A stretch of DNA of 64,000 bases from Spirochaetia bacterium (GCA_963677595.1 OY782041.1:736001-800000), one strand, 5' to 3'; counted from the stretch's first letter, positions 10,693-21,088 are shown. The notes: generated from the sequence alone by a model not told the origin. Translations and numbers: made by a program.

Positions 10693-12960
10693 TCAGGGCC
10701 AGGGGAATCGTTCAGCGATCATGTCGACCACTGCATCTGTGGTCTTCAACCCCAGGAGTTCCGGTACGGCGGCGCGACACTCCTCATAGGAGAGTGTGCT
10801 GATGCGCTGTTTCACGGCAGCAAGCCGGGAGGGCTCGGCACTGAATGAGTCGATACCGATACCGATCAGGAACGGCAGCATCATAGGGTCACCGGCAGCA
10901 TCACCGCAGACAGAGAGGTACCCCGATATATCAGGGCGGACCGGGAGGATGTTCTCCACCAGGCGATGGAGAGTCCTGAATACCGCAGGGTGGAAGGAGG
11001 TATGCAGCTCACCCACCCGTTCATTCCCGCGGTCCACTGCCAGGAGGTACATGATCAGGTCATTCGTCCCGACACTGAGGAAGTCAGCTTCCTCTGCCAG
11101 CTCGCCGGCGATCTCGACTGCGGAAGGGATCTCGATCATCGCGCCCAGTTTCGGGTCCGCGCAGTAGGGGACCCCGTTCTCCTCCAGCTCCCTGATGCAT
11201 TCAGAGACAGCGTCCTTCGCCTGGAGGAACTCATCGAGGGATGAGACCATGGGGAAGAGGATCTTCAGGTCAGTCCCCTCCCCGGCTCTCAGCATCGCCT
11301 TGATCTGCTCCGAGAAGATATCCATCGCCTCGAGCGAATACCTGATGCCCCGGAACCCGAGGAAGGGGTTCTCTTCCGTGATCATCTCGGCATACCCCGG
11401 CAGTTTATCCCCGCCTATATCGAGGGTACGAAGAATGACCTCCTTGCCGTCAGCTATCGTGCAGATCTTCTCATAGACATGGAACTGCTGGCTCTCGGAG
11501 GGGAAGTCGTTCTGGATGAGGAAGGGGAACTCTGACCGGTAGAGGCCGATCCCCTCGGCCGCGCGTTCGAACCCCGCTTCCGCATCATGCAGGATATTGA
11601 CGTTCACGTTGACATGGATCCGCCTGCCGTCTGTCGTGACAGACTCCTTCGGCAGGTCGACGGGTGCCAGTTCGGTACTGACATCACGGATCTTCCGGTA
11701 CTTGGCAAGCACCTTCTTGTCAGGGTCTATATGGAGCACTCCCTGGGTAGCGTCAAGAAGCAGGGATGACTTCGGCGGCAGCTTCAGGATCTCCCGGTTG
11801 TTCACCAGCAGCAGCGGGAGCCCCAGGGAACGGGATAGGATCGATATATGGGCCGTGAGCCCGTGCCCGAGCAGGACTACGGCCTTGGCATTCTGGACCC
11901 AGAACCGGACCAGTTCCGACGGATAGATCGTCTGGGCGATGATGACCAGGTCAGAGTAGTCGCTGTGGTCGGAAGCCTTGTTGAAGAGGTTCGCCAGGAG
12001 GCGGTGCTCGAGGTCACGGACATCCTGTTCCTTCTCCTGGATCCTCGGGTTGTCGGTACTGGCCATCAGCTGGGCATACATATCGGAGACCGAACGGACT
12101 GCGGCGTCGACAGACTCTCCCCCCTCGATCTTCTCCCGCATCATCCCCGTGAAGTTCGGGTCCTTGAGCATCAGGTAATGGGCCGTGAAGATCAACCCCG
12201 CAATATCACTGAGGCTCTCCCCGAGCTGGTCCTCGATCTGCTTGAGCTGGTCGAGCGTGGTCTCTATGGCGGTATCGAAATCCTCGATGGTATAACTCTT
12301 CGACCCTTCCGGGATGAGGTCGTCATCCAGGCGGTCCTCGAGGACGAACTGTTCGCGGTTATAGATGAAACTCTTCCCCTCCACGATACCCGGGGAGGCC
12401 CCGACTCCCTGGAGCGGGGATTCGATCGCTACCGCCGAGGCCTCAGGGGCCTTGAGCGAGAGCAGGACACCGGCACTCAGGACGGCGGAAGCCATCTGGG
12501 AAGCGATCGCCATGAGGATGGTCACGTCCTTCACCGTGAAGAACCCCGACTCCTTCTTGTGCAGGGTGATGACCCCGATCCTATTGCGGCCTCTGCGGAT
12601 CGGGACAGCGAGCAGGGACTGGAACTCATCCTCCCCGATACCGGGATAGGGCTTGTACTTGGGGTGCGACGGGGCATGGTCCGCCTTGATGGGGAAGAGG
12701 GTATCCATGACGGTACCCGTGATCCCTTCGCCGCGCTTGATCACCAGCTTCCCCACGAACTCCCCGGAAAGCCCCGCAGTCCCCTGGAGGGTGAGCGTCT
12801 CGGATTCCTCATGGTAGATGAAGAACGAGCAGGAATCAGCATTCATGTGGGTCGCGATCAGCGTGGAAAGGTCATTGAGGAACACCTTGAGGTTGGTGCT
12901 CTTCTTCATGATCTCCGTGAATTCCAACGTCTTATTCAGTAATGAGAGTTTCTTTACCAT
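10693..12960 (-). CDS. ptsP: GAF-domain phosphoenolpyruvate-protein phosphotransferase (EI-Ntr/PtsP-like)
   Basis: N-terminal GAF; GLTAHISIL phospho-His; GIGLYRSEF, RTLDIGGDK, NPFLGFRGIR, SVGTNDL. Confidence 0.92.
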   Translation of the reverse strand: MVKKLSLLNKTLEFTEIMKKSTNLKVFLNDLSTLIATHMNADSCSFFIYHEESETLTLQGTAGLSGEFVGKLVIKRGEGITGTVMDTLFPIKADHAPSHPKYKPYPGIGEDEFQSLLAVPIRRGRNRIGVITLHKKESGFFTVKDVTILMAIASQMASAVLSAGVLLSLKAPEASAVAIESPLQGVGASPGIVEGKSFIYNREQFVLEDRLDDDLIPEGSKSYTIEDFDTAIETTLDQLKQIEDQLGESLSDIAGLIFTAHYLMLKDPNFTGMMREKIEGGESVDAAVRSVSDMYAQLMASTDNPRIQEKEQDVRDLEHRLLANLFNKASDHSDYSDLVIIAQTIYPSELVRFWVQNAKAVVLLGHGLTAHISILSRSLGLPLLLVNNREILKLPPKSSLLLDATQGVLHIDPDKKVLAKYRKIRDVSTELAPVDLPKESVTTDGRRIHVNVNVNILHDAEAGFERAAEGIGLYRSEFPFLIQNDFPSESQQFHVYEKICTIADGKEVILRTLDIGGDKLPGYAEMITEENPFLGFRGIRYSLEAMDIFSEQIKAMLRAGEGTDLKILFPMVSSLDEFLQAKDAVSECIRELEENGVPYCADPKLGAMIEIPSAVEIAGELAEEADFLSVGTNDLIMYLLAVDRGNERVGELHTSFHPAVFRTLHRLVENILPVRPDISGYLSVCGDAAGDPMMLPFLIGIGIDSFSAEPSRLAAVKQRISTLSYEECRAAVPELLGLKTTDAVVDMIAERFPWP

Positions 12961-13077
12961 AGACCCGTACCTTTAAAAGTGTGTTCTAGTATCATACTAT
13001 ATAGAGAGATCATACGACAAGGAAAAACCTACAGGAGTGATTGTGCAATCCCGCCTGCTGTCGTATGATGCACAAAG

Positions 13078-14244
13078 ATGGAACAGAGAACCCCTGATCG
13101 AGCAGTCACCGCCATGATCTGCATCCTCTCCATGCTCCCTGTCATGGCAGCAGCCGCAATGGCTCCCATACTCGGGAGGTTCGCCGAACTCTATCCGGAT
13201 TCCCCGGACCTCACCATCCGAATGATCCTGACCCTCCCGCAGCTGCTCATCATCCCCGGGTCCCTGGTCTCCGGCAGGCTTGCCTCACGGGTCAGCAAGA
13301 AGACCCTGCTCCTTATCGGCTTGGCCCTCTACAGTGCCGGCGGCCTCTCTGGGGGGATCTCCTCATCGATCAACCAGCTGCTTGTCTCACGTGCAGTCCT
13401 CGGCATCGGGATCGGCATCATCTTCCCCCTTACCACGAGCCTCGTCCCCGATTACTTCAGCGGGGAAGGAAGAATCCGCATGCTCGGCCTGTCGGCCGCC
13501 ATGAACAACCTCGGGGGAGTCATCGCGACGCTCTCCTCAGGACTCCTCGTCTCCCTCTCCTGGAGGGCCCCCTTCCTGATCTACCTGACGGCAGCGGCTG
13601 CCATGGTCCTGGTCATCACGGTGCTCCCCTCCTATCGTGCAGCCGTCGGGGTACAGGAGGAGCAGGCAGTACGTCCCTACCGTAAGGTCCTGCCCTTCCT
13701 GCTGGGGATCCTCGGGCTCAACCTGATCTTCTATACCATACCATCCACGACCTCGATGACCATCCGGGACCTCGACCTCGGCGGCCCGGTCTACTGCGGG
13801 GTCATGTTGGCGACCCAGAATCTCTGCTCCTTCGCAGCCGGGACGGTGTTCAAGCACGTCTACATGAAGTTCAGGGCCCGTATCCGGTATCTCAGCATGG
13901 GGATCATCAGTACCGGGTTCCTCCTGTTCATCCTCTTCCCGAAGACCGCAGTACTGCCGGTCTCCCTGATCCTCATCGGGTCAGGCTACGGGCTGCTCAC
14001 CCCCTACTACCTGCTTAGGGTGAGCTTGGGGACGACCCCGGGAAGGAGGACCTTCGCCCTCTCCCTGGCGAGCTGCAGCATGTTCCTCGGACAGTTCCTG
14101 AACCCCGTCGTGCTCTCGCTCATAGGGAAGGGCTTCGGGCTTGAGATGCCCACGGGTGTATCACTGGTCCTGATCATCCCGTTCGTACTGCTGATGGGGC
14201 TCTTCGACCTACGAGATCGTCGCTCCGAAGGGCATCAGGGCTAG
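13078..14244 (+). CDS. MFS transporter
   Basis: About 12 TM segments; GRLASRVSKK motif A variant. Confidence 0.88.
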   Translation: MEQRTPDRAVTAMICILSMLPVMAAAAMAPILGRFAELYPDSPDLTIRMILTLPQLLIIPGSLVSGRLASRVSKKTLLLIGLALYSAGGLSGGISSSINQLLVSRAVLGIGIGIIFPLTTSLVPDYFSGEGRIRMLGLSAAMNNLGGVIATLSSGLLVSLSWRAPFLIYLTAAAAMVLVITVLPSYRAAVGVQEEQAVRPYRKVLPFLLGILGLNLIFYTIPSTTSMTIRDLDLGGPVYCGVMLATQNLCSFAAGTVFKHVYMKFRARIRYLSMGIISTGFLLFILFPKTAVLPVSLILIGSGYGLLTPYYLLRVSLGTTPGRRTFALSLASCSMFLGQFLNPVVLSLIGKGFGLEMPTGVSLVLIIPFVLLMGLFDLRDRRSEGHQG

Positions 14245-14571
14245 ACGTGCCAGTTTGAAGTGCTGTTTCCCGAAGGGGATGCCGATGATCGTGATGCTGA
14301 AGAGCAGTCCAAGTACCAGGTGGTAGATGCAGAGCTCCCAGCCGAACAGGATGAGCCAGATGATGTTGCCGATGAGCCCGAGTGCCCCGAACTGGCCGAT
14401 GCTCACTTCGGAACCGAAGGGCAGCAGGGTAAGGGCTGATACCTTCAGACACTGCTTCCCGAAGGGGATCCCGATGATCGTCAGCATGAGGATGATACCC
14501 GAGACTGCCCAACCTATGGCTCCGATGAGCCCGCCGAATACGATCCAGATGATGTTTCCTACTAATCTCAT
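14209..14571 (-). CDS. YccF-domain membrane protein
   Basis: Duplicated GNIIW...TIIGIPFGKQ...L.PFG repeat. Confidence 0.9.
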   Translation of the reverse strand: MRLVGNIIWIVFGGLIGAIGWAVSGIILMLTIIGIPFGKQCLKVSALTLLPFGSEVSIGQFGALGLIGNIIWLILFGWELCIYHLVLGLLFSITIIGIPFGKQHFKLARLALMPFGATIS

Positions 14572-14679
14572 GCATCCATCATGCCACAGGTTCCGGGATT
14601 GTCAAGACAAATGCACTTGACGCCGGAGAGTATAACCAGATACCTTATAGATATTGAAAGCTATTTCAGGGGGATATTT

Positions 14680-15489
14680 ATGAAACGAAAGTTGTTCGCA
14701 GGGATCTGTGTATTGTTGCTGGTTTCCGCCGTGGTCACCGCAGGCGGTGTCCAGGAGACGAAGATCGCTCCACTGGTCGTGGGAATGGAACTGCAGTATC
14801 CCCCGTTCGAGATGAGCGATACCGACGGGAACCCGACGGGTATCAGCGTCGAGATCGCCGAAGCACTCGGCGAGTATATCGGCCGCCCGGTGAAGATCGA
14901 GAATATCGCATGGACAGGTCTGATCCCCTCCCTCCAGACGGGGAAGGCCGATATCATCATCTCCTCCATGACCATCACCGAGGAACGTGCGAAGACGGTC
15001 GATTTCTCAGACCCCTACATCAAATCCGGGCTGACCCTCCTCATCGCCAAGGACTCCCCGGTCGAGCAGTTCAGCGACCTGGATGCACCGGGGATGGTGG
15101 TAGCCGTCAAGTCAGGTACGACCGGGGCGACCATTGCGAAGGAGCAGCTCACACAGGCAGAGGTGAGACTCTTTGATGAGGTCTCTGCCTGCGTGCTCGA
15201 GGTCTCTCAGGGGAAGGCCGATGCCTTCATCTACGATGCCCTCACCGTCTATGAGAACCACAAGAAGCATGCGGGGACGACCAGGGTGAATATCACCTCC
15301 ATACCGGGAACCGACGGGTACTGGGGTATGGCCATCAAGAAAGGCAATGATGAGTTCAAAGCCCAGGTGAACGCATTCATCGGGGAGTTCAGGGAGGACG
15401 GCGGATTCAACCGGATCGCAGACCGCTACCTCGGTGAACAGAGGGCCCTCTTCGAGGAGTCCGGCGTCCCGTTCTACTTCGACCTCTAG
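14680..15489 (+). CDS. Polar amino-acid ABC transporter substrate-binding protein
   Basis: Signal peptide ending AGG..E; YPPFE, SSMTITEERAKTVDFSDPY. Confidence 0.92.
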   Translation: MKRKLFAGICVLLLVSAVVTAGGVQETKIAPLVVGMELQYPPFEMSDTDGNPTGISVEIAEALGEYIGRPVKIENIAWTGLIPSLQTGKADIIISSMTITEERAKTVDFSDPYIKSGLTLLIAKDSPVEQFSDLDAPGMVVAVKSGTTGATIAKEQLTQAEVRLFDEVSACVLEVSQGKADAFIYDALTVYENHKKHAGTTRVNITSIPGTDGYWGMAIKKGNDEFKAQVNAFIGEFREDGGFNRIADRYLGEQRALFEESGVPFYFDL

Positions 15490-15513
15490 GGGTCGGAAGG
15501 AGCCCGAGGACAG

Positions 15514-16311
15514 GTGAACGTGAGAGCACTGCTTAAGACCATCACAACGGAACAGAAGGGGAAGACCTCACCATGGTGCGTGCGCGTACTCAATGCCGCC
15601 GTCCTGCTGGCCCTGGTCGGCATCGTCTTCTCCCTCGGCTTCTCCTCGCTCTCCTACTCATTCCGCTGGGACTCGGTCTGGGAATACCGCAGCAGCATGC
15701 TTGACGGGTTCCTCATGACGATCCTGCTCTCACTGTGCTCCCTGGTGCTCAGCATCCTCATGGGATTCCTCTTCGCTGTGACCCAGCGCAGCAGGGTCCT
15801 TCTGGTACGGTACTTCTCCCGCGGCTATATCGAGATCATCCGGGGCACTCCCCTGCTCGTGCAGATCCTCATATTCTTCTACGTCATCGCCAATGCGGCA
15901 GGGCTCGACAACCGGTACGCGGCAGGGATCCTCATCATGTCCATCTTCTCGAGTGCCTACATCGCGGAAATCATACGTGCCGGCATCGACGGCGTGGGAA
16001 GCACGCAGTTCGAGACAGCCCGGTCCATCGGCCTGACCAGGGGACAGACCTACCGCCATATCGTCTTCCCGCAGGTGATCACCGGCGTGCTCCCGCCCAT
16101 GGCCGGGCAGCTTGCCTCCCTCATCAAGGATTCCTCACTGCTCTCGATCATAGCCATCAAGGAGTTCACCATGGCCGCACGGGAGGTGAACGCGAACACC
16201 TTCTCGACCCTGGAGAGCTACATACCGCTGGCTGTCGGCTATCTCCTGCTCACCCTCCCCATCTCCTTTATCACGAAACGGCTGGAGAGGAGGTTCTTCT
16301 ATGAGACTTAG
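15514..16311 (+). CDS. Amino-acid ABC transporter permease
   Basis: RGTPLLVQ, AEIIRAGI, EAA-like loop, IKDSSL. Confidence 0.93.
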   Translation: MNVRALLKTITTEQKGKTSPWCVRVLNAAVLLALVGIVFSLGFSSLSYSFRWDSVWEYRSSMLDGFLMTILLSLCSLVLSILMGFLFAVTQRSRVLLVRYFSRGYIEIIRGTPLLVQILIFFYVIANAAGLDNRYAAGILIMSIFSSAYIAEIIRAGIDGVGSTQFETARSIGLTRGQTYRHIVFPQVITGVLPPMAGQLASLIKDSSLLSIIAIKEFTMAAREVNANTFSTLESYIPLAVGYLLLTLPISFITKRLERRFFYET

Positions 16312-17035
16312 CCTCTCAGGGCTGACCAAGCGCTACGGGGATCTCACGGTACTCGACTCCCTCGACCTCGAGCTTACTGACATCTCTTCACTGGTCCTCA
16401 TCGGCCCGTCCGGCGGGGGGAAGACTACCCTCCTCCGGCTGCTTGCCGGTCTTGAGCAGGCTGATGCGGGATCGATCATCGTCAATGAACACGACCTCGC
16501 CTGCCCGGAGGAGGAGCTGATCCTCTACCGGCGGAGGATCGGCATGGTCTACCAGGCCTATAACCTCTTCCCCCACCTCAACGCACTGGAGAATATCATG
16601 CTCCCGCTCGTCCAGGCCCAGGGGGTCCCGAAGCGGGAAGCCAAGGAGCAGGCCTTGACCCTCCTGGAGCGGTTCAACCTGGCTGAGCATGCCTTCAAGC
16701 GACCGGTAGCGCTCTCCGGGGGCCAGCAGCAGCGTATCGCCATCTGCAGGGCCGTGGCGATACGGCCGGAACTGCTCTTCTTCGACGAACCGACCTCCGC
16801 CCTGGACCCCGAGTACACCTCCGAGGTGCTCGACCTGATCGAAGAGCTCAGGGAGGAGCATATGGAACTGATCCTGGTGACCCATGAGATGGGATTCGCC
16901 CACAATGCGGCTGACCACATCCTCTTCATCTCCGATGGGGGCATCATCGCACAGGGAGCCCCAGACGATCTTTTCGGCCAGGATGCACACCCCAGGGTAC
17001 AGCGGTTCTTCGACAAAGTCCTGAAGTACAGCTGA
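16301..17035 (+). CDS. Amino-acid ABC transporter ATP-binding protein
   Basis: GPSGGGKT, LSGGQQQR, DEPTSALDPE, VTHEMGFA. Confidence 0.95.
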   Translation: MRLSLSGLTKRYGDLTVLDSLDLELTDISSLVLIGPSGGGKTTLLRLLAGLEQADAGSIIVNEHDLACPEEELILYRRRIGMVYQAYNLFPHLNALENIMLPLVQAQGVPKREAKEQALTLLERFNLAEHAFKRPVALSGGQQQRIAICRAVAIRPELLFFDEPTSALDPEYTSEVLDLIEELREEHMELILVTHEMGFAHNAADHILFISDGGIIAQGAPDDLFGQDAHPRVQRFFDKVLKYS

Positions 17036-17104
17036 ATATTCCACAATTAATCCTATACATTATCAGTACATGTGTTTATAATCCTCATAGAGGAGGATGA
17101 GCAG

Positions 17105-17587
17105 TTGACACTAATTATCTATGCCACAAAGCATGGTGCTGTCAGGACCTGTGCTGAGATTCTCTCAGAGAAACTTGCCGATGACTGTACCATTACACAT
17201 ATAAAACATGACCAGATACCATCATTGGATGAATATTCCTCAGTTATCCTGGGGTTCTCAGTCCATGCAGGGAGCATCCCCGCATCCATCAAGAAGTTCA
17301 CCGAAGACCATATCGGGAAACTGAAAGGGAAGCGGTTCGGACTCTTCTGCAGCTGCCTCTCGGAAGAAGACCAGGCGATCTCCTACTTCCACAAGAACTT
17401 CTCGACCGAGGTGATCAAGGCAACGAAGACCATCGGTATCTTCGGGGCAGAGGTGACCTTCGAGAAGATGAACCCCTTCGAACGGTTCATCATGAAGAAG
17501 ATCACCAGACGCAGGGAGAGTTTCTCGACGATCAACCAGGAGAACATCGGGGAGTTCGTCAGGCTCTTCGAACTGCCGCAGGAGTGA
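17105..17587 (+). CDS. Flavodoxin-domain protein (HemG-like)
   Basis: LIIYATKHGAV FMN loop; GAGGAGG RBS before TTG. Confidence 0.8.
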   Translation: MTLIIYATKHGAVRTCAEILSEKLADDCTITHIKHDQIPSLDEYSSVILGFSVHAGSIPASIKKFTEDHIGKLKGKRFGLFCSCLSEEDQAISYFHKNFSTEVIKATKTIGIFGAEVTFEKMNPFERFIMKKITRRRESFSTINQENIGEFVRLFELPQE

Positions 17588-17770
17588 TGCCTGAGGAGGG
17601 GGGGACCCCTCCCTGAAACCGACATCCACCCTACACCCCATCTTTTTGTCCCACCATACGGTGCGTTACAGGGGTACTATGCCTCATTATGGTCGGATCG
17701 AACTGGGGATGATTAGGGGTCAATTAATTCTATGAAAATCAGATGATAAAAAAACTTTCAGTATCGTATC

Positions 17771-17800
17771 TTGACAATAGTGTATGTAACACACTATTGT
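17771..17800 (+). promoter_or_regulatory. Promoter with perfect palindromic operator for the PadR gene
   Basis: TTGACA-N18-TATTGT overlapped by ACAATAGTGT-N7-ACACTATTGT (17774-17800). Confidence 0.75.
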
Positions 17801-17806
17801 ATAATC

Positions 17807-18142
17807 ATGAGTAACGATCAGGATGGAATTTCAGAGAGACTGCTGCAGGAGTATCACCGGGGGACACTGACCATGGTGGTCCTGTCGCTCCTTGAGGTGC
17901 AGCATTACGGATACGCCCTTGTCCAGGAGCTGCAGGCTGCTGGGATGGAAGTGACCCAGGACACGGTCTATCCGCTGCTTCGGCGGCTCGAGCAGCAGGG
18001 CCTGCTCTCCAGTGAGTGGATCGTAGAGGGTTCACGCCCAAGGAAGTACTACCGCACCAGCCCGAAGGGAGTTGAGGTGGTGAAGCGTCTCAAGACACAG
18101 TGGCTCTCCTATACGGAGACGATCAGGAGGATAATCACATGA
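17807..18142 (+). CDS. PadR-family transcriptional regulator
   Basis: RGTL..VLSLL..HYGY..TVYPLLRRLE..G..S.W..RPRKYY. Confidence 0.92.
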   Translation: MSNDQDGISERLLQEYHRGTLTMVVLSLLEVQHYGYALVQELQAAGMEVTQDTVYPLLRRLEQQGLLSSEWIVEGSRPRKYYRTSPKGVEVVKRLKTQWLSYTETIRRIIT

Positions 18143-19128
18143 AGTTGACGCAGGATGCGCAGTATCTGCTGGACAGGTATATGCTTGCTTTCTCTCGAAG
18201 GCTTCCGCTCAGGCAGCGGAAAGAGGTAGTCGATGAGCTCAGGGCCTCCCTGCTCGATGAGCTTGAGGCACGCTGCGGGACCGATGAGATTCCAGAGGAG
18301 CAGGTGAGGTCCCTGCTCGCCGAGTTCGGCGCACCGGGTCGGCTCGCCTCATCCTATGCAAAGGAACAGTTCCTCATCGGCCCAAAGGTGTTCCCCCTCT
18401 TCAGGATGGTGCTCTTCATCGTCATGATAGTCGTCAGTGCCGTGGGGATCATCAACATCGGGATCTCCCTCTCCTCCTGGGATTTCGTCGGGATCCTGCA
18501 GGACCTGCTTGGTCTCTTAGCCTCGCTCATGACCGCCCTCGGGTTCATGGTCGTCGCCTTTCACATCGTGGAGCGGACGGCATCGAAGACGGACTGGCAT
18601 GATGAGCTCTACGATGGCTGGAAGGTCGAGGATCTCCCCGAGATCGAGACACGGGCACCGGTCAAACTGTGGGAGCAGGTCATCGCGATCGCGGGGTCGC
18701 TCATCCTGATCCTGGGGCTCAACCTGTTCGGCGAGAGGATCGGGGGATGCCGTACGGTCGGGGAGACCTGTATCCTCATCCCCGTCCTGAAGGATGGGTT
18801 CTTCGCTCTGCTGCCCTTCCTCAGCCTTCGCTGGGGCCTGAGCATCGTCCTTGCAGCGCTGCTGATCTGGAAGCGCAGGGAACTGCCGGGCTATAGTATC
18901 TTCGCGATCATCCTCAGCTGTCTTGACATCGCCATAGGCATCGTGTTCCTCCGGGGCGGGGTCGATACCTTTTTCGCACTGGATGACCTTACCGGGACGC
19001 CGCTCGAACCGGTGATCGGGATCTTCAGGATCATGTTCTACGGCCTGATCATCTTCCTGATGGTCATGACAGTCATCGAAATCGTAAAAAAAATCATAGA
19101 GTTGTTTAAGTTTCCTGTTACAGAGTAG
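18139..19128 (+). CDS. Membrane protein with HAAS-like N-terminal domain (PadR partner)
   Basis: LDRY..RRLP..RKEV..EL...EFGAP.RLA..Y then several TM helices; ATGA overlap with padR. Confidence 0.75.
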   Translation: MKLTQDAQYLLDRYMLAFSRRLPLRQRKEVVDELRASLLDELEARCGTDEIPEEQVRSLLAEFGAPGRLASSYAKEQFLIGPKVFPLFRMVLFIVMIVVSAVGIINIGISLSSWDFVGILQDLLGLLASLMTALGFMVVAFHIVERTASKTDWHDELYDGWKVEDLPEIETRAPVKLWEQVIAIAGSLILILGLNLFGERIGGCRTVGETCILIPVLKDGFFALLPFLSLRWGLSIVLAALLIWKRRELPGYSIFAIILSCLDIAIGIVFLRGGVDTFFALDDLTGTPLEPVIGIFRIMFYGLIIFLMVMTVIEIVKKIIELFKFPVTE

Positions 19129-19318
19129 ATGAAAGATTGACTAGGAAGTGTCTATGTGGTATTTTCTAAGTGCTTTATTGTTGAGTATGTATTGTATTTG
19201 AGTTCTTCCGTCTCTCCTGTCTCTTTCTCTAGATCGGACCTGATGAGCATTGACTTGGTAAATTACATTCCCATAAAGTAAATTTATGATCTCCGTAAAT
19301 AAAACGGAAAGGATGCTT

Positions 19319-19597
19319 ATGGCAAAGAAAATTTATGTAGGTAATATGAATTACGCTACAACAGAGGACCAGTTGTTTGATCTGTTCGGACAGTACGGAA
19401 CTGTCAGCAGTGTTCGAATCATCACCGACAGAGAGACCCAGAGACCTAAAGGGTTCGGCTTTGTAGAGATGGAAGAAGACGATGCAGCAGATGCAGCAAT
19501 CAGCGAGCTTGACGGCAAAGAATACGACGGCCGAAACCTTCGTGTGAACGTCGCTCTTGAGAGAGAGAGACAGCCGCGACGAAACGGCTACAGATAG
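19319..19597 (+). CDS. RRM-domain RNA-binding protein
   Basis: KKIYVGNM (RNP2) and KGFGFVEM (RNP1). Confidence 0.95.
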   Translation: MAKKIYVGNMNYATTEDQLFDLFGQYGTVSSVRIITDRETQRPKGFGFVEMEEDDAADAAISELDGKEYDGRNLRVNVALERERQPRRNGYR

Positions 19598-19618
19598 ATC
19601 GCTCTTCTGTAATTGATG

Positions 19619-19649
19619 AGGACTGCCGGAAGGCAGTCCTTTTCTTTTC
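19619..19649 (+). terminator. Intrinsic terminator
   Basis: AGGACTGCC-ggaa-GGCAGTCCT plus T-tract. Confidence 0.8.
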
Positions 19650-20221
19650 TAGGCGAGGGTCCCGGCCAGCCCGATCTGTGCAGCGACCGGCTGCATCCCC
19701 CGGATCGTCCAGTCGATGACCTCAGGGAGTTCCATCCCGAGCATCCCGGCTCCCCGTTCTATGACCGAACGGTCCACCCCTGCAGAGAAGGCTTTCGTCT
19801 TCCATTTCTTCTTCACCGATTTCACCTTCATATCCAGGATACTCCTCGAGGGCCGTACCAGCGCGGTCGCCCCGATGAGGCCCGTGAGCTCATCGATGGT
19901 ATAGAGGGTCTTCTCCATCCGGGACACAGGCTCTATATCGCAGCAGAGCCCCCAGCCGTGACTCTGGACTGCCCGTACATACTCGGCAGGCCAGCCAGCC
20001 TCGGTGAGGATGTCGTGCGCCTTGATGCAGTGTTCGTCTGGAAACCGTTCATAGTCGATATCATGGCAGAGCCCGATGACTCCCCAGAGTTCCACGTCTT
20101 CCCCGAACTGCTCGGCGAAGTAGCGCATGACAGCCTCGACTGCCAGTGCATGGGAAATAAGGTTCTCTGCATGTACATGTTCATTGAGCAGCTTCCATGC
20201 TGCCTCCCTCGTGATGCTCAT
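19649..20221 (-). CDS. HD-superfamily hydrolase (HDIG/COG2316-like)
   Basis: H.LAVEAVM, GLCHDIDYE, DELTGLI.A.ALVRP, AF.AGVDR. Confidence 0.88.
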   Translation of the reverse strand: MSITREAAWKLLNEHVHAENLISHALAVEAVMRYFAEQFGEDVELWGVIGLCHDIDYERFPDEHCIKAHDILTEAGWPAEYVRAVQSHGWGLCCDIEPVSRMEKTLYTIDELTGLIGATALVRPSRSILDMKVKSVKKKWKTKAFSAGVDRSVIERGAGMLGMELPEVIDWTIRGMQPVAAQIGLAGTLA

Positions 20222-20232
20222 CTGTCTTCCTC

Positions 20233-21012
20233 CTATCTGCTCATCCGGTATTCCCCGGAATACCAGACGGTTGTGCCATCCCCTGTCTCCAGCACGATCC
20301 CGCCATGGGGATCGAGGCCAGCCAGGATACCGGTAACCAACCGGTCACTGTCCGGGTCCTTCCCTGGATCGGCAGCCTCCCCCGGCTCGAGCGTGATCTC
20401 CTCACCGAACCGGTAGAGCCTCGACTCTATGTACTCCCGCCAATCTTCCAGGGAAAGGGCCCATGCAAGGGAAGCAAGTAGGGGTTCGATCAGTTCGACC
20501 GGTTCTGCAGGGTTCCCGGCCACCATCCTGATGGAGACCGGATCCCTCCGGTAGGACTCCCCTTCCGGTACAGGAGGGAACCCTGCCTGGTTGACATTGA
20601 GCCCGATCCCTATCAGGAACAGTCTGCCGGTACTCTCACAGAGGATCCCGCAGACCTTCCTCTCACCGATGAGGATGTCGTTAGGCCACTTGATCCGGGA
20701 TGCTATACCAGAGACCCTCTCCAGCAGCCCGGCTACTGCGATCCCGGTCCGCAGGGGCAGCTGCTCCGGCGGGAAGGAGAGGTCATCACGCTCGAGGACC
20801 AGCGTCATGAGCAGTGACTGACCAGGGGAATCGTGCCAGGACCGTTTCTGTATCCTCCCCCTTCCCGACCGCTGGTGGCGGGTAACGGCGATGGTCCCAG
20901 GGAACCCGGTCTCCCGGTAGAGTTCCCTGGCTGTCTCCATGGTGGAATCAACCTCATCGAAGAGATAGACGGGAGCTTGGTGGAACGGGTTGTCAAGCGG
21001 GAGTATCCTCAT
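20233..21012 (-). CDS. birA: Biotin-[acetyl-CoA-carboxylase] ligase (no HTH)
   Basis: VDSTM, QRSGRGR, KWPND, KVCGILCE, GIGLNV. Confidence 0.92.
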   Translation of the reverse strand: MRILPLDNPFHQAPVYLFDEVDSTMETARELYRETGFPGTIAVTRHQRSGRGRIQKRSWHDSPGQSLLMTLVLERDDLSFPPEQLPLRTGIAVAGLLERVSGIASRIKWPNDILIGERKVCGILCESTGRLFLIGIGLNVNQAGFPPVPEGESYRRDPVSIRMVAGNPAEPVELIEPLLASLAWALSLEDWREYIESRLYRFGEEITLEPGEAADPGKDPDSDRLVTGILAGLDPHGGIVLETGDGTTVWYSGEYRMSR

Positions 21013-21088
21013 ACCCGAATGGTAGTATTTCACAAACAATTATGCAACATCTAAATTTCACCTTGCATTAACCCTCCTCATAATGTAT
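20995..21088 (+). repeat. 94-bp direct repeat, left copy (target duplication of IS #1)
   Basis: AAGCGGGAGTATCC...CATAATGTAT, identical by eye to 23134-23227. Confidence 0.95.

Noticed and set aside
20991-21000. Target TGTCAAGCGG resembles IS #1 end TGTCAAAGTCCGG; CCG shared at the IS #2 junction
   Set aside because: Matches are too short to distinguish from chance with only two insertions.
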